Virus record (IMG/VR): IMGVR_UViG_3300036778_000133
Location: 1-29,799 of that record
Direction: 5' to 3' (one strand)
From: a virus
Taxonomy: Duplodnaviria; Caudoviricetes
Length of the DNA: 29,799 nt
The notes beneath the pieces were generated by a model. That model was not told the DNA's origin. It did not search any database and was given only the letters and a program-made list of their open reading frames with translations. Within the stretch, counting starts at the first letter, position 1, and the number at the start of each line of letters is the position of its first letter. The position numbers were made by a program, and so were the translations under genes. Positions 1-9,472 of this stretch are shown one piece after another.

Positions 1-2146
1 TCCAGCCATTCGCGGGGAAGGTGAACTGCATCACGTCCATGGGCTGCATCTGCCAGCCTTCCAGATGCATCGGCATGGAGCCGGAGCCCTGCTGGCGATT
101 GCGCAGCAGCGTGATCTTCGCGCAGCGCTGCGCCTGGGCCACGGAGAGCACGCAATTCTGCACCAGCTCCTTCGGCAGCACGATGCCCGGCCAGGGCTCC
201 CATGGCGGCGTGGTGGAATCGTCGATCGCGGCCGACACTTCCGAGAGCTCGATGTCATAGACGAAGTGCTTCATATCGTCGTGCGCATCGGTAAAGGCCA
301 TCACCTGCAGCTGGCTGGTATCCATGCCCGGGCTCAGCGAGATGCTGTCCCACCCCAGCGGATGCAGCGGCGTGTTGTACACCTCGGTCCACGTGGCGCC
401 GTTGTCCAGCGAGTACCAGATGCCGGCGGAGCGGCCGGTCTCGCCCGCATTGTCCACCGCGGAAAGGATGTTCAGAAACAGCGTGGGCGGCGTCGAGCCC
501 AGCGCGGCGAATTGCCACACGCAGCCCGCATAGCGATGGGTGCCGCTGTAGTCCACCGAGGCATTGGTGGTGGCGCTGGTGTCCACTGCGTTGTCTGGAT
601 TCGAGTAGGCATCCGTGGTGTCGTCGTTCAGGCCGAAGTTGAAGCCCTGGTCGACACCTTCTTCATAGGCGCCCACATGCGCATTGTTTCCCCAGCCATT
701 CAGCAGCGTGGTGGGCCGCGCAAGCGCCGGCGGACTGATGGAAGAAGAGGTGATGGCAGGCGTGTTGCCCACGTTGCCGTCGATCTGCGATATCCAATAT
801 TCGCCGCCATAGCTGACGGTGTCGCCGCTGGCATAGGTGGTGCCGCTGTCCCATGCGGGCACCGCGCCGGTGTCTTCCGCCAGGTACACATCGCTGGAGT
901 AGCCATGCGCCGGATCCGCTGCATACTGCGGATAATTCGTCGGCTGGAAGGCAAAAGGAAACTGGTTCGCGATCGAGCCGTCGTACCAGCCGTTGCCGTC
1001 GTAGAGATTGCCCGCCACGTTGTAAGGCGAGTTAGGCGCGATATAGGTGCCGTTCACGCGATTGAAGAGATCGCGGAAGCTGCGGTTGGGTGACCACTGC
1101 AGCGGCCCGGTGAGGATGTCCTGCGCAAAGCTGAAGCTGGGCCCCTGCCAGTAAGCAGGCCAGATGTACCACTGGCCACCGATGCGGCTGAGCCGGCCGG
1201 CCGCGGCTGGCATCATGGTGTCCAGGATGTCGCCCGGGCCCGCGCTGGTGTCGTAGTGATAGTGGCAGCGGTAGCGATACTCCGTGCTGGCGTTGGCCAG
1301 CGTCACCATCTCATCGCAGACATTCGCCGCCGCGACCAGCTGATCGCTGTTCACCGTGTTGTCGCCCAGGCCGAAGACGGGATCGGTAATCACGTCTGCG
1401 ACAATCAGCGCCCAGTTGTCGGTATAGCCGCGCGTGCCGGTGCGCGGATCGTAGATATTGTTTTTGCCGCGAACGGTGAATTTGACTTCCGGCGGCTGCG
1501 GGAACATCGCGGTATCGAATTCGATCTTGAGATAGACGTAGGTGCAGCCGCCCAGATAGGGCGAGCCCGCGCCGGTGGCGGCCCAGTTGGGATCGTTGGC
1601 CGTCATGCCGGAGATCACATCGCCGGGCGCCTGATCGCCAAAGCGCGCTTCGCAGTAGACCAGGGTGTCGAACTTGTAGTGCTGGCCGCCGGGACCGATG
1701 TGGGTATTGTCGTCGGGATTGCCGCCAAAGCCGATGCCGTTGCGCACGCCCCAGCCTGGCCCGCTGCCCTTCCAGAAGACTTGGCGGCCGTCGAGATAGA
1801 GGTCGACGATGGCATCCACTTCATGCCCGGCCAGCACGATGATGTAGTTGAACTGATCGTGATGCGAGCCGGTGGTGGACTGGTAGACGGAGACGCCGCC
1901 CACGCGCTGCGTGCCATAGATGATCTGGCGGAAGGCCGCAGGCTGCCGCGTGGTGATGCCCATGCCGCGGTTCTGCGTGAGCGAGTCGGCGATCGCGCCC
2001 GCTTCCATGGAGATGCCGCCGATGATGAGCGACGCCCACAGCTTGTCCCATAGCGGCGACGCCAGCAGCGCCGGATCCAGGAAGGTGGCCACACCCATGC
2101 CCACCGCGCCCGCCAGCATGGCGGCGCCTTCGACAGCTTTGGGCAT
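1..2146 (-). CDS. Tail tip / host-specificity protein (J-like), truncated at the window edge
   Basis: Missing from the ORF track. Manual translation from ATG 2146 (MPKAVEGAAMLAG...RQIIYGTQRVGG...VKFTVRGKNNIYDPRTGTRGYTDNWAL...AQRCAKITLLRNR) is open for 715 codons. These motifs are typical of J-like tail tips, and the gene follows the hub and NlpC-like genes. Confidence 0.9.
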   Translation of the reverse strand, partial: MPKAVEGAAMLAGAVGMGVATFLDPALLASPLWDKLWASLIIGGISMEAGAIADSLTQNRGMGITTRQPAAFRQIIYGTQRVGGVSVYQSTTGSHHDQFNYIIVLAGHEVDAIVDLYLDGRQVFWKGSGPGWGVRNGIGFGGNPDDNTHIGPGGQHYKFDTLVYCEARFGDQAPGDVISGMTANDPNWAATGAGSPYLGGCTYVYLKIEFDTAMFPQPPEVKFTVRGKNNIYDPRTGTRGYTDNWALIVADVITDPVFGLGDNTVNSDQLVAAANVCDEMVTLANASTEYRYRCHYHYDTSAGPGDILDTMMPAAAGRLSRIGGQWYIWPAYWQGPSFSFAQDILTGPLQWSPNRSFRDLFNRVNGTYIAPNSPYNVAGNLYDGNGWYDGSIANQFPFAFQPTNYPQYAADPAHGYSSDVYLAEDTGAVPAWDSGTTYASGDTVSYGGEYWISQIDGNVGNTPAITSSSISPPALARPTTLLNGWGNNAHVGAYEEGVDQGFNFGLNDDTTDAYSNPDNAVDTSATTNASVDYSGTHRYAGCVWQFAALGSTPPTLFLNILSAVDNAGETGRSAGIWYSLDNGATWTEVYNTPLHPLGWDSISLSPGMDTSQLQVMAFTDAHDDMKHFVYDIELSEVSAAIDDSTTPPWEPWPGIVLPKELVQNCVLSVAQAQRCAKITLLRNRQQGSGSMPMHLEGWQMQPMDVMQFTFPANGW

Positions 2147-2587
2147 CTAGACGCTCCACGCTCTCTGCACTGCGCTGATGGGCAGGCGCACCAGCCCTGT
2201 CGCTGCGATGGTGACGAGATGGCGGCCGTTCAAGTGCACAATGCCGGCGACGAGTGCTGCGCCGTTCTGCATCACCACCAGGTCGCCGCGCTTCGCCATC
2301 AGCGGATGCCGGTACTCGGTGAGGCCATGCTGCTGCGCGCACCATGCGGCCGCGTCGGCGACAGTCGTGCCGCCTGTGACGCTATGGATCAGCGCCAGCG
2401 CGGTGGCTTCGCTGGTGTACTTGCTGCGGAAGGCTGCAGCCAGATCCACCGAGGTGAAGGCCTGGATGGCGTCTGCGGGAAAGAGGCAGCAATCATTCGT
2501 TCCCCAGGCAAACGGCTGCTGCGCGCGCGCCAGCAGAAACTGGTGCAGCTCGCGCGTCGCCCAGTGTGGTGTGCGTGTGAGTGGCAT
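2147..2587 (-). CDS. NlpC/P60-like tail-tip protein (DUF6950-like)
   Basis: PFAWGTNDCCLF and KRGDLVV motifs; lies between the hub and J-like genes. Confidence 0.85.
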   Translation of the reverse strand: MPLTRTPHWATRELHQFLLARAQQPFAWGTNDCCLFPADAIQAFTSVDLAAAFRSKYTSEATALALIHSVTGGTTVADAAAWCAQQHGLTEYRHPLMAKRGDLVVMQNGAALVAGIVHLNGRHLVTIAATGLVRLPISAVQRAWSV

Positions 2588-3142
2588 CTAGCTTCCCCAC
2601 CGCAATGCGATGTCGTTCAGAATCTCTACCCAGTTGAAGCCGGTGTCATCCGGATAGCTCAAGTGCTGATCCGCTGCGGTGTAGCGCCGCATGCTGGCGC
2701 GGGCCAGATTCACCAGCCGATTTTCCAGCGCCAGCGTGATGTTGAATTGCTCTTTCGCAATCAGCACTTCCGGCTTGTCCACCGTGCCGGAAAAGTACAG
2801 ATACGGCATACCGACAACCGCTCCGTTGGCCAGGAAAGCCGCCCACAGCTTTGCCGGCGCGCCCAGCTGGATATCGCCCAGCGTTTCCGACAGCAGGTCC
2901 AGCGCAATGCCGCTCAGCCTGACCGAGGTGCCCTCGGCGCGCACATCGCTGGATTCCGTGACCGGGCCAGCCTCGCCGAGCGCGCCCACGCCGAGATAGG
3001 TGTTGCCGGCATAGACCAGATCCTGTGCGCCGGTCCAGATGAACTTGGTCTCACTCTTAAAGGTGAGCTGCGCCAGCACCGCGGGAAAGATCTGTGCCTT
3101 CGGCAGCTCGAGAGCGGTCGCCGAATCGAACGTCCTACCCAA
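2588..3142 (-). CDS. Minor tail / baseplate hub protein
   Basis: YLGVGALG, YFSGTVD and RRYTAADQHLSYPDDTGFNWV motifs; position after Dit. Confidence 0.8.
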   Translation of the reverse strand: MGRTFDSATALELPKAQIFPAVLAQLTFKSETKFIWTGAQDLVYAGNTYLGVGALGEAGPVTESSDVRAEGTSVRLSGIALDLLSETLGDIQLGAPAKLWAAFLANGAVVGMPYLYFSGTVDKPEVLIAKEQFNITLALENRLVNLARASMRRYTAADQHLSYPDDTGFNWVEILNDIALRWGS

Positions 3143-4388
3143 GGAATTCCTCGATGGGATACGTCACATGCGTGAGCCGGCCATGCGCCTCGGCCGAGTA
3201 GCTGCGCTGGTTCTTCGCCAGCGCGAACAGGCCTTTGGGGTTGATGAGGATGATGCCGCCGTTGTCTTCTACCGGCGTGCCCACGGCCGTGCCGGTATTG
3301 GTGGTGCCGGTGGTGACGACAGAAAACGGCAGTGACCAGGCCACACCGAAACCAGCGGGCACGGAGAAGAGCGTGGGAATCTGCGGATCGGTGACCGGCG
3401 TGGCGCTTTGATAGTAGACAGCGAAGCCGACAGCTGTAACGTCCAGCGCATCGGTGAGCCCATCTTCCGGGCCCAGCGATTGATTCAGCTGCGCCTCGAT
3501 CTTCTGCCCGATCAGATCCGAAAGGCTGGTGCCGATACCCCACGTCGGCCCTGGCGAGCCGCTATTGGAATATTCGTGCGAACTGAAGGTGGTGTTTTCC
3601 GGATTCGATGGATTCTGGAAGATGGTGCCCGCGCCGAAATTCAGATCCAGCAGCGGCCCAAAGCGGATATAAGAATTCGCGCCATCGTGGTGCCCGCTCA
3701 GAATGATGGTGGGATAGATGCCGGTGATCACCGCATCCGCGGGCAGCGCCGGCGTGGAGAAGTTGTACCACTGCACCGCGTTGAACCACGCGCCCAGCGG
3801 GCGGCTGGCGGTCATCCGGATCGACGCGGTGGCATTCAGAAACGGCAAGCCGCTGCCGGAGCTCGTCGGCGTCTCGCGCAAAGACGGCCAGATGTTGAGC
3901 ACCGCATTGCCGCTGGCGTCGGCGTTCACATCGTCCAACACCTGGTAGAGCCGATAGCCCACCTGGATCTGATCGCCGCGCAGCAGGATGCCTGCAGCAT
4001 TCGCCGTCCAGCCTGAAGTGGCCAGCGTGATGGATCCGGGAATGTTGGTGCCCGGCGTGTTGTTGACAAACGGCTGCCCGCTGCCGGAGCCGCGCGGCGC
4101 GGTGTGCAGCGGATCGCCGAGCTGGAAGGCGTTCAGGCGGCCGCGGCACTGCATCAGGAACGATGTGACATCGTTTGCCTTGGCGATGGGCATCGGCGGA
4201 TAGGTCATCTCGCCGGACCACTTGTCTTTTCCGGTCCAGCCCTGGCGCTGCGTGCGGAGCGAGAATTGCGATTCCACCACAGCTACCGCATCTTCCAGCC
4301 CCCACATCACAGCGGAGCGCTCCACCGTGGTGGGCGTGGAAACCACATTCACGGTTTGCCCGTTGAGAACAATCTGTGTGACGCTCAT
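3135..4388 (-). CDS. Distal tail protein (Dit-like) with an internal inserted domain
   Basis: First gene after the tape measure; ESQFS..Q.Q.W...KW, FLMQCRGRLNAFQLGDP, IWPSLR and NPKGLFAL motifs; 417 aa, about 200 aa longer than the core motifs need. Confidence 0.8.
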   Translation of the reverse strand: MSVTQIVLNGQTVNVVSTPTTVERSAVMWGLEDAVAVVESQFSLRTQRQGWTGKDKWSGEMTYPPMPIAKANDVTSFLMQCRGRLNAFQLGDPLHTAPRGSGSGQPFVNNTPGTNIPGSITLATSGWTANAAGILLRGDQIQVGYRLYQVLDDVNADASGNAVLNIWPSLRETPTSSGSGLPFLNATASIRMTASRPLGAWFNAVQWYNFSTPALPADAVITGIYPTIILSGHHDGANSYIRFGPLLDLNFGAGTIFQNPSNPENTTFSSHEYSNSGSPGPTWGIGTSLSDLIGQKIEAQLNQSLGPEDGLTDALDVTAVGFAVYYQSATPVTDPQIPTLFSVPAGFGVAWSLPFSVVTTGTTNTGTAVGTPVEDNGGIILINPKGLFALAKNQRSYSAEAHGRLTHVTYPIEEFLG

Positions 4389-4398
4389 GATTTCCTTT

Positions 4399-7300
4399 TT
4401 AGCGGCGAGTGCTGGGCATGCGGCGGCGGTAATCGCTGACGGCGGAGACGGCCATGGCGATAGTGGCGGGCGTGCTCTTAGTCAGCGCACGGTCGATCAT
4501 CGCCTTGGTGGCTGCCACATCCGTGGAGCCACGCGCATCGATAGTGCGATTGTCGTGAAAGTGCGTGTCGCCGCCGAAATTCTGCAGCTGGCTGTTGGGC
4601 GTGACGTGCCCGGACGCACTGCCGATGTTCAGGATCTCCGGCCCAGCCTCGCCCACCATGAACGCGCCCATATCCGGCGCGATGGGGCCACCACTCTCAA
4701 AGCCCGGAATCAAATGCAGCGCGGTGCTGGTAAGGCTGCTGACGATGTTGCCGACGCCGCCCTTCGGCTTCTGCGTGATGGATGTGATGGGCTGCTGCGC
4801 GGGCGCTGCGTTGCCACCGTAGTCCAGCGATCCGGAATCGTCCGGCTGCATCATGCTGAGATCGGCGGCAGTGTAACCGCTGCTGTTGCTATCGAAGAAT
4901 GCATTCGAACCACCAGCCGTGCCGGCGCCGGGCGCGAGCGTGGCAAGAGCGTCCAGATAGTTGCTGGTAGGTACTTCGCTGCTCCCGGTAACGTCGCTGC
5001 CGCTGTTACCGGAGGCACTCGCGGGCGCGCCGTTGGGTTTGCTGAAGAGCGAATCGATGAAGCGGCCGCTGTCGAGCGCGGCGGCCGAAAACGGCGAGCC
5101 CGAAGAAGCTGCAGGGCGCCCCAACAGCGGGCTCAGCAGGCGGCTGCCCTCTGCTGCGGGTCCGCGTACCTCTTGCGGGATGCTGCTGCCACCACCAAGG
5201 AAGGCTGGCAATGCCGGGAAAACTGGCAGCGCGGCCGCCTTTGCAGTCTCCGGCGCCGCAGCGAAGGCCACATAGAGCGGATCGCCCTTGGTGCCAGTGG
5301 GCTTCTTGCCCGCGCCGAGCAGCTTGCCCAGATCGCCCGGCAGCGAGGATTCCAGCTTGCCCAGGCCGAACTGGATGCCCTGATTGGCCACACTGCGGCC
5401 CACGCCGGCGAGCCCGTTCCGCAGATTGCGCAGCCGATCTTCTCCGGTACGCGCCTGCGCCGTGATGGCGCCGGCCAGCGAATCGTTGATGCCGGTCACC
5501 GCTTCCGCGAAGGCTTTGCGCACCAGCGCGGCTGCATCCGTGGCTTGCTGCGCCCACTCGTGGAAAGCATCGCTGAGAGCGCCACCCGGCGTCTGCGAGT
5601 CGATCTTGGAGACGTCCTGCTGCCGCTGCTCATCTGCCTGCGCCTTCAGCTGCGCGAGCTGCGCCTGGCGCTTGGCAATCTCTTCCTGCATGCCCGGGAG
5701 ATCGCGCATGGCCTCGGCCTCGGCCAGCCGCTTCTCTACCACGGCAATCTCTGCACCGAACGCGGCCGCGTGGATCTGCGCCTCGGCCACCAGCGCCTGG
5801 TACTTGCTGATCTCGCCATGCGTCAGCGCGATCGATACATCGGAGAGCTGGGCCTTCTCCTGCTGCTTGGCTTGCGCATCGGCGGCGTTCTGCCGGATCT
5901 CCGCGACACGCCGGGCCTGCTCATCGGCCTGGTGCTCCTGCTCTTTCAGGAAGCCGTCATCGCCGGCCGCTTTGTGCACGTGCAGCGAGCGCTCCAGCTC
6001 CTCATCCATGGCCTTGGTGGCCTCCGCCACCTTGGCATAGACGCGGTTGTAATTCGCGCTGCCCTCCTGCAGTGTGGCCAGCTTGCTGGCCCAGTAAGCG
6101 CGCTCGTGGAAGACATCGCCCTCGCCGGCCATCTTCAATTCATCGGCGCCGTGCTCGAAGGCTTCCATCTGCAGTCGCGCGGCCTTGGCGGCTTCATCGC
6201 CATGCGGCCACACCAGGCCGGAGAGATCCGTGTCGCCACCGCCGCCTTCTGTGCGCGGCGGAGCAGGCGTCTGCTTGGTGAACAGATCCCACGTCTTCCG
6301 TCCCTCGCGCGCGATGTCCGCAAAGGCATCTTTATACACTTCCACGATCTTGTCTTTCGTGCCGGTGACATCTTGGGTTGCACCGATATAGTCACCCTTG
6401 CTGACGTCATAGAGCGCCTTCGCGAGCCCGCCGATGCCGACTACCAGCGAGACGATGCTCGCCGCCGCCGTCTCCAGCACTGCATCCACTGCGGTGAAGG
6501 CAGCCATGAACGCGCCGCCGATGCCCTTCACTACATCCTCGGCATGCTCCATCACCGGAATCATCACGCTGCGGAATTGCGCGCTCAGCCGGGCAACGTC
6601 CTCCGTCCAGCGGCGCGCCGCGGCGGCACTCTCATCGGTGATGCCGGTCATCTTGCCGGTTTTCGTCATGTTCTCTTCGAGCACGGCGCCCTGCTCTTTG
6701 AAGATGGGAATCAGCGCCGCGCCACCGCGCCCAAAGATGCCCATGGCAGCAGCCGTGGCCACAGCGGGCTGCTGGATGCTGTTGATGGCGCCGGCGACAC
6801 GCACGAAGAGCTGCTCCGGATTCATGTGTTCGAGCTCTTGCACCGAAATGCCGATATCCGCGAAAGCCTTTACCTGCGCGTTGGAAGCATTCTTGCTGCC
6901 TTCCACCGCCAGCACCTGGGCGCGCTGCATGCGCACCAGGCCGATCGTGACCGGATCCCACTCGCCGCCCATCTCCTTCACAATCTGCTGCAGGCCTGCG
7001 AGCTGCTGGATGTCGATCCCTGTCTTGGTGGCGAGGTGATCCAACTCCACATTCATCTTCGCCAGGCCGTCCACATAGTTGGCAGCGAAGCCCAAAGCGA
7101 TCCCTGCGCCAAAGAGCTTGCCTATGCCGGCGAAGGCCCCCTCGATGCCAACTCCCTCGACGCCGGCAGTCTCCGCCGTCGAAATCAGGCGCTCTTTGAT
7201 GCTGTCCAGCGACTCACGTGCGACCAGAGCCACGCGCTGGAAGGCGCGAACGATCACGTTCTGCGACAACGCCTCTTCTTCCGCCGCCTCCGCCACAGCC

Positions 7301-7968
7301 ACCGCTTCCGCCTTCTTCGCAGCAGCCACCTCCGCAGCGGCCGCTGTGGCACGCAGCTGCGCCGCGGCCACCAGCGCGATCGGATCTGCACCCTCGACTG
7401 CGATGGCGCTCCGCGAGATCGCCTGCGCGCGCGCCAGCAGCGACTGTGCCTCTGCCTGCTCGCGCAGCGCGGCGGCCGTGCGCATGGCCTCTGCGGTCAC
7501 CTTCTGCGCGGCGAGTGCTTCCTTCACACTGGCGGCCTCGGATGCGGCAGCCTCGCGCTGCTTCGCTTCTGCAACGCCGGTGGCGGCTTCGCCCAGGCGC
7601 ACCTCTGCGGCGGCCAGCAGCGAGAGCGACGTTGCCTCTTCCACGTAACCGGATTTTGCCAGGCCCTGCACGCGGCGCAGCTGCGCGTAGGCATCGGCCT
7701 GCATCTTGGTGGCCTGTGCCACCTTCAGCGCGCCGGCGGTTACTTCTTCGCCGGCCAGCGACTTCTGCTCCGTGGCCACCTGCGCCATGGCACGCTGCAC
7801 ACGACGCGCAGCCGCTTCCTGTACGCGTGTGGCAGCATCCACCTTTTGCCCGGCTGCGGTGGCCTGCTCGCCAACCTGGCCGAGCGACGCGGATGCGCTT
7901 TTGAGCGACGCGGTAAAGCCAGATGTATCCGCTTCAAAGAGCGCCTGAGCTGAGCCGATGGTTCCCAT
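4399..7968 (-). CDS. Tail tape measure protein
   Basis: 1189 aa, Ala-rich and helical; N-terminal ADTSGF, AMGIFGRGG, C-terminal FESGG...MVGEAGPEI. Confidence 0.95.
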   Translation of the reverse strand: MGTIGSAQALFEADTSGFTASLKSASASLGQVGEQATAAGQKVDAATRVQEAAARRVQRAMAQVATEQKSLAGEEVTAGALKVAQATKMQADAYAQLRRVQGLAKSGYVEEATSLSLLAAAEVRLGEAATGVAEAKQREAAASEAASVKEALAAQKVTAEAMRTAAALREQAEAQSLLARAQAISRSAIAVEGADPIALVAAAQLRATAAAAEVAAAKKAEAVAVAEAAEEEALSQNVIVRAFQRVALVARESLDSIKERLISTAETAGVEGVGIEGAFAGIGKLFGAGIALGFAANYVDGLAKMNVELDHLATKTGIDIQQLAGLQQIVKEMGGEWDPVTIGLVRMQRAQVLAVEGSKNASNAQVKAFADIGISVQELEHMNPEQLFVRVAGAINSIQQPAVATAAAMGIFGRGGAALIPIFKEQGAVLEENMTKTGKMTGITDESAAAARRWTEDVARLSAQFRSVMIPVMEHAEDVVKGIGGAFMAAFTAVDAVLETAAASIVSLVVGIGGLAKALYDVSKGDYIGATQDVTGTKDKIVEVYKDAFADIAREGRKTWDLFTKQTPAPPRTEGGGGDTDLSGLVWPHGDEAAKAARLQMEAFEHGADELKMAGEGDVFHERAYWASKLATLQEGSANYNRVYAKVAEATKAMDEELERSLHVHKAAGDDGFLKEQEHQADEQARRVAEIRQNAADAQAKQQEKAQLSDVSIALTHGEISKYQALVAEAQIHAAAFGAEIAVVEKRLAEAEAMRDLPGMQEEIAKRQAQLAQLKAQADEQRQQDVSKIDSQTPGGALSDAFHEWAQQATDAAALVRKAFAEAVTGINDSLAGAITAQARTGEDRLRNLRNGLAGVGRSVANQGIQFGLGKLESSLPGDLGKLLGAGKKPTGTKGDPLYVAFAAAPETAKAAALPVFPALPAFLGGGSSIPQEVRGPAAEGSRLLSPLLGRPAASSGSPFSAAALDSGRFIDSLFSKPNGAPASASGNSGSDVTGSSEVPTSNYLDALATLAPGAGTAGGSNAFFDSNSSGYTAADLSMMQPDDSGSLDYGGNAAPAQQPITSITQKPKGGVGNIVSSLTSTALHLIPGFESGGPIAPDMGAFMVGEAGPEILNIGSASGHVTPNSQLQNFGGDTHFHDNRTIDARGSTDVAATKAMIDRALTKSTPATIAMAVSAVSDYRRRMPSTRR

Positions 7969-8451
7969 CTAGCGAAAGGCCTCCGGAAAATACGTTTGCA
8001 TACTGGTACGAAACGTTTCCAGCGCCTGCTCAGCGCTGCGCTCGAATGCCGGCCGCAGCGTGGGATAGGCCGGCACTTCACCGATCTGCTGTCCTGCGCC
8101 GCTGAATCCGCCCTTGCCGGTGGCGTGGCTGGATCCGCCCTTCACCAGGCGATGACCGAACTCCACCCAGCGCGCCACATGGGCATACTTCACCGGGCCG
8201 ATGATGGCTCGAGCCACGCCCTCTTCCAATCGCGCGCGCACACGAATGTCGGCACGCAGCTGCCCCGGCTGCAGCGCATCGCTGCCGGGATTCCGCTCTG
8301 CCAGCACATGCGCACTCTCTCGCATGGCGTCCTGGATCACCACGCCGGCATCGCGCACCGCGCGCAGCACCAGGCGCTCGCGCACCTCTTCGCCAATGCG
8401 CTGCAGGTTGGACTGCATGTCCGCGATGCCTTGCATCTGGACGCCCATCAC
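7969..8451 (-). CDS. HK97 gp10-family tail completion protein
   Basis: GQLRADI, ARWVEFG and PAYPTLRPAF motifs. Confidence 0.9.
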   Translation of the reverse strand: MMGVQMQGIADMQSNLQRIGEEVRERLVLRAVRDAGVVIQDAMRESAHVLAERNPGSDALQPGQLRADIRVRARLEEGVARAIIGPVKYAHVARWVEFGHRLVKGGSSHATGKGGFSGAGQQIGEVPAYPTLRPAFERSAEQALETFRTSMQTYFPEAFR

Positions 8452-8826
8452 GCGCTCCCTTGCTGCTGCTGCCGTGCCATCAGGAACTGCATATTGCTGC
8501 GCAGCAGGTCTGCGACCGCTTTGCGATTGATGCGCCGCGGCTTCGCCGGCTTGCCCATGTGCCGCGACGGCATGAACTCATCCGTGGTGCGCACGTCTTT
8601 CCAGCCGCGGATGCCGGTGTTGCCCACCATCGCGGTGAGCTGGCCGAAAAGAAATTCCGCGTGCTCCACTTCGCGCTGCCGCTTTGCGCGATGCCGCCGC
8701 GCGAGCGCATCGAACTGACGCGGCGTCATCTTCCAGAATTCGACTTCCGCCAGGCCGAGCTCCACGCGCGCGAAGGACCAGAGACCGAGCCAGTCCAGCG
8801 TTACGCCGGAACGGGCTCTTCCGTAG
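8448..8826 (-). CDS. Tail assembly chaperone, T part (probably made as a -1 frameshift GT fusion)
   Basis: The frame is open upstream of the annotated GTG 8765 (VTLDWLGLWSFARVELGLAEVEFWKMTPRQF) and overlaps the end of the G gene in the -1 frame; FWxMTP motif. Confidence 0.75.
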
Positions 8827-9223
8827 GGTGCGGCTCCTTCTCCTTGGACGGCTCCGCCATGGCCGCGAGATAGGCGTCATAGACGGCGTTATGAACCGGT
8901 AATGCGGTGCGGACGCTGATGAGCGCGGAGGCCTCTTCAAAAGTGATTGCCGGCTGCTTTGCCACCAGCGATGCGAAGAAGAGGATGGGAAGACGCGTTG
9001 CACCCACGCCACGCATGTCCAGCTGCAGCACCATATTGACGGGCCGCTTCGCTTCGATCAGCTTTTCTTCGGCGAGCGCGAGCGCTGCATAGTCAAAAAA
9101 CAGGTGATAGGTTTTGCCCTGCAGATAGATCGTGGTGTCGGGCTGCAGACCTTCAATCGTCGGCTTGGCCGCGGCTTCTGCAACAGCAGGCCGCTTTTTT
9201 CGCAATGCTTTCTTCTTTGCCAT
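8801..9223 (-). CDS. Tail assembly chaperone (G-like)
   Basis: 140 aa, between the tube and tape measure genes; GKTYHLFFDYAAL...EE motif. Confidence 0.8.
   Translation of the reverse strand: MAKKKALRKKRPAVAEAAAKPTIEGLQPDTTIYLQGKTYHLFFDYAALALAEEKLIEAKRPVNMVLQLDMRGVGATRLPILFFASLVAKQPAITFEEASALISVRTALPVHNAVYDAYLAAMAEPSKEKEPHPTEEPVPA
8821..8830 (-). promoter_or_regulatory. Candidate -1 frameshift site CAC CCU ACG
   Basis: Pro CCU can re-pair on CCC in the -1 (T) frame shortly before the G stop; no canonical XXXYYYZ heptamer here. Confidence 0.45.
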
Positions 9224-9226
9224 GGT

Positions 9227-9472
9227 TCATCCTTTTTCCGAAAAAGGTTTGATATCCCGTATCGCGAGCGCTTCATCTGCGTTGTCAACTAGCGCATCGA
9301 TGACCCGCGCATACTCTTCGCCGCTCGCGTACCGTTCAATTCGCAGGACAACTGCGCTGTTGACTTCCGCCACAAGCTCAAAGCGGGTGCAGTCATGTGG
9401 CACGATACCGGCTTCGATCAACCGCTTGATGATCTTCGAATCCCATGAATAAATCGCTTCGCTTACTGCCAT
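9227..9472 (-). CDS. Hypothetical 81-aa protein inserted between the tube and chaperone genes
   Basis: AAGGA RBS then ATG; lower GC than its neighbours; flanked by direct repeats. Confidence 0.75.
   Translation of the reverse strand: MAVSEAIYSWDSKIIKRLIEAGIVPHDCTRFELVAEVNSAVVLRIERYASGEEYARVIDALVDNADEALAIRDIKPFSEKG

Noticed and set aside
4222-7953. 1243-aa plus-strand ORF, and other long plus-strand ORFs such as 65-1093, 12714-13766 and 15244-16170
   Set aside because: Antisense shadows of high-GC3 minus-strand genes; Arg/Gly/His-rich with no recognisable motifs
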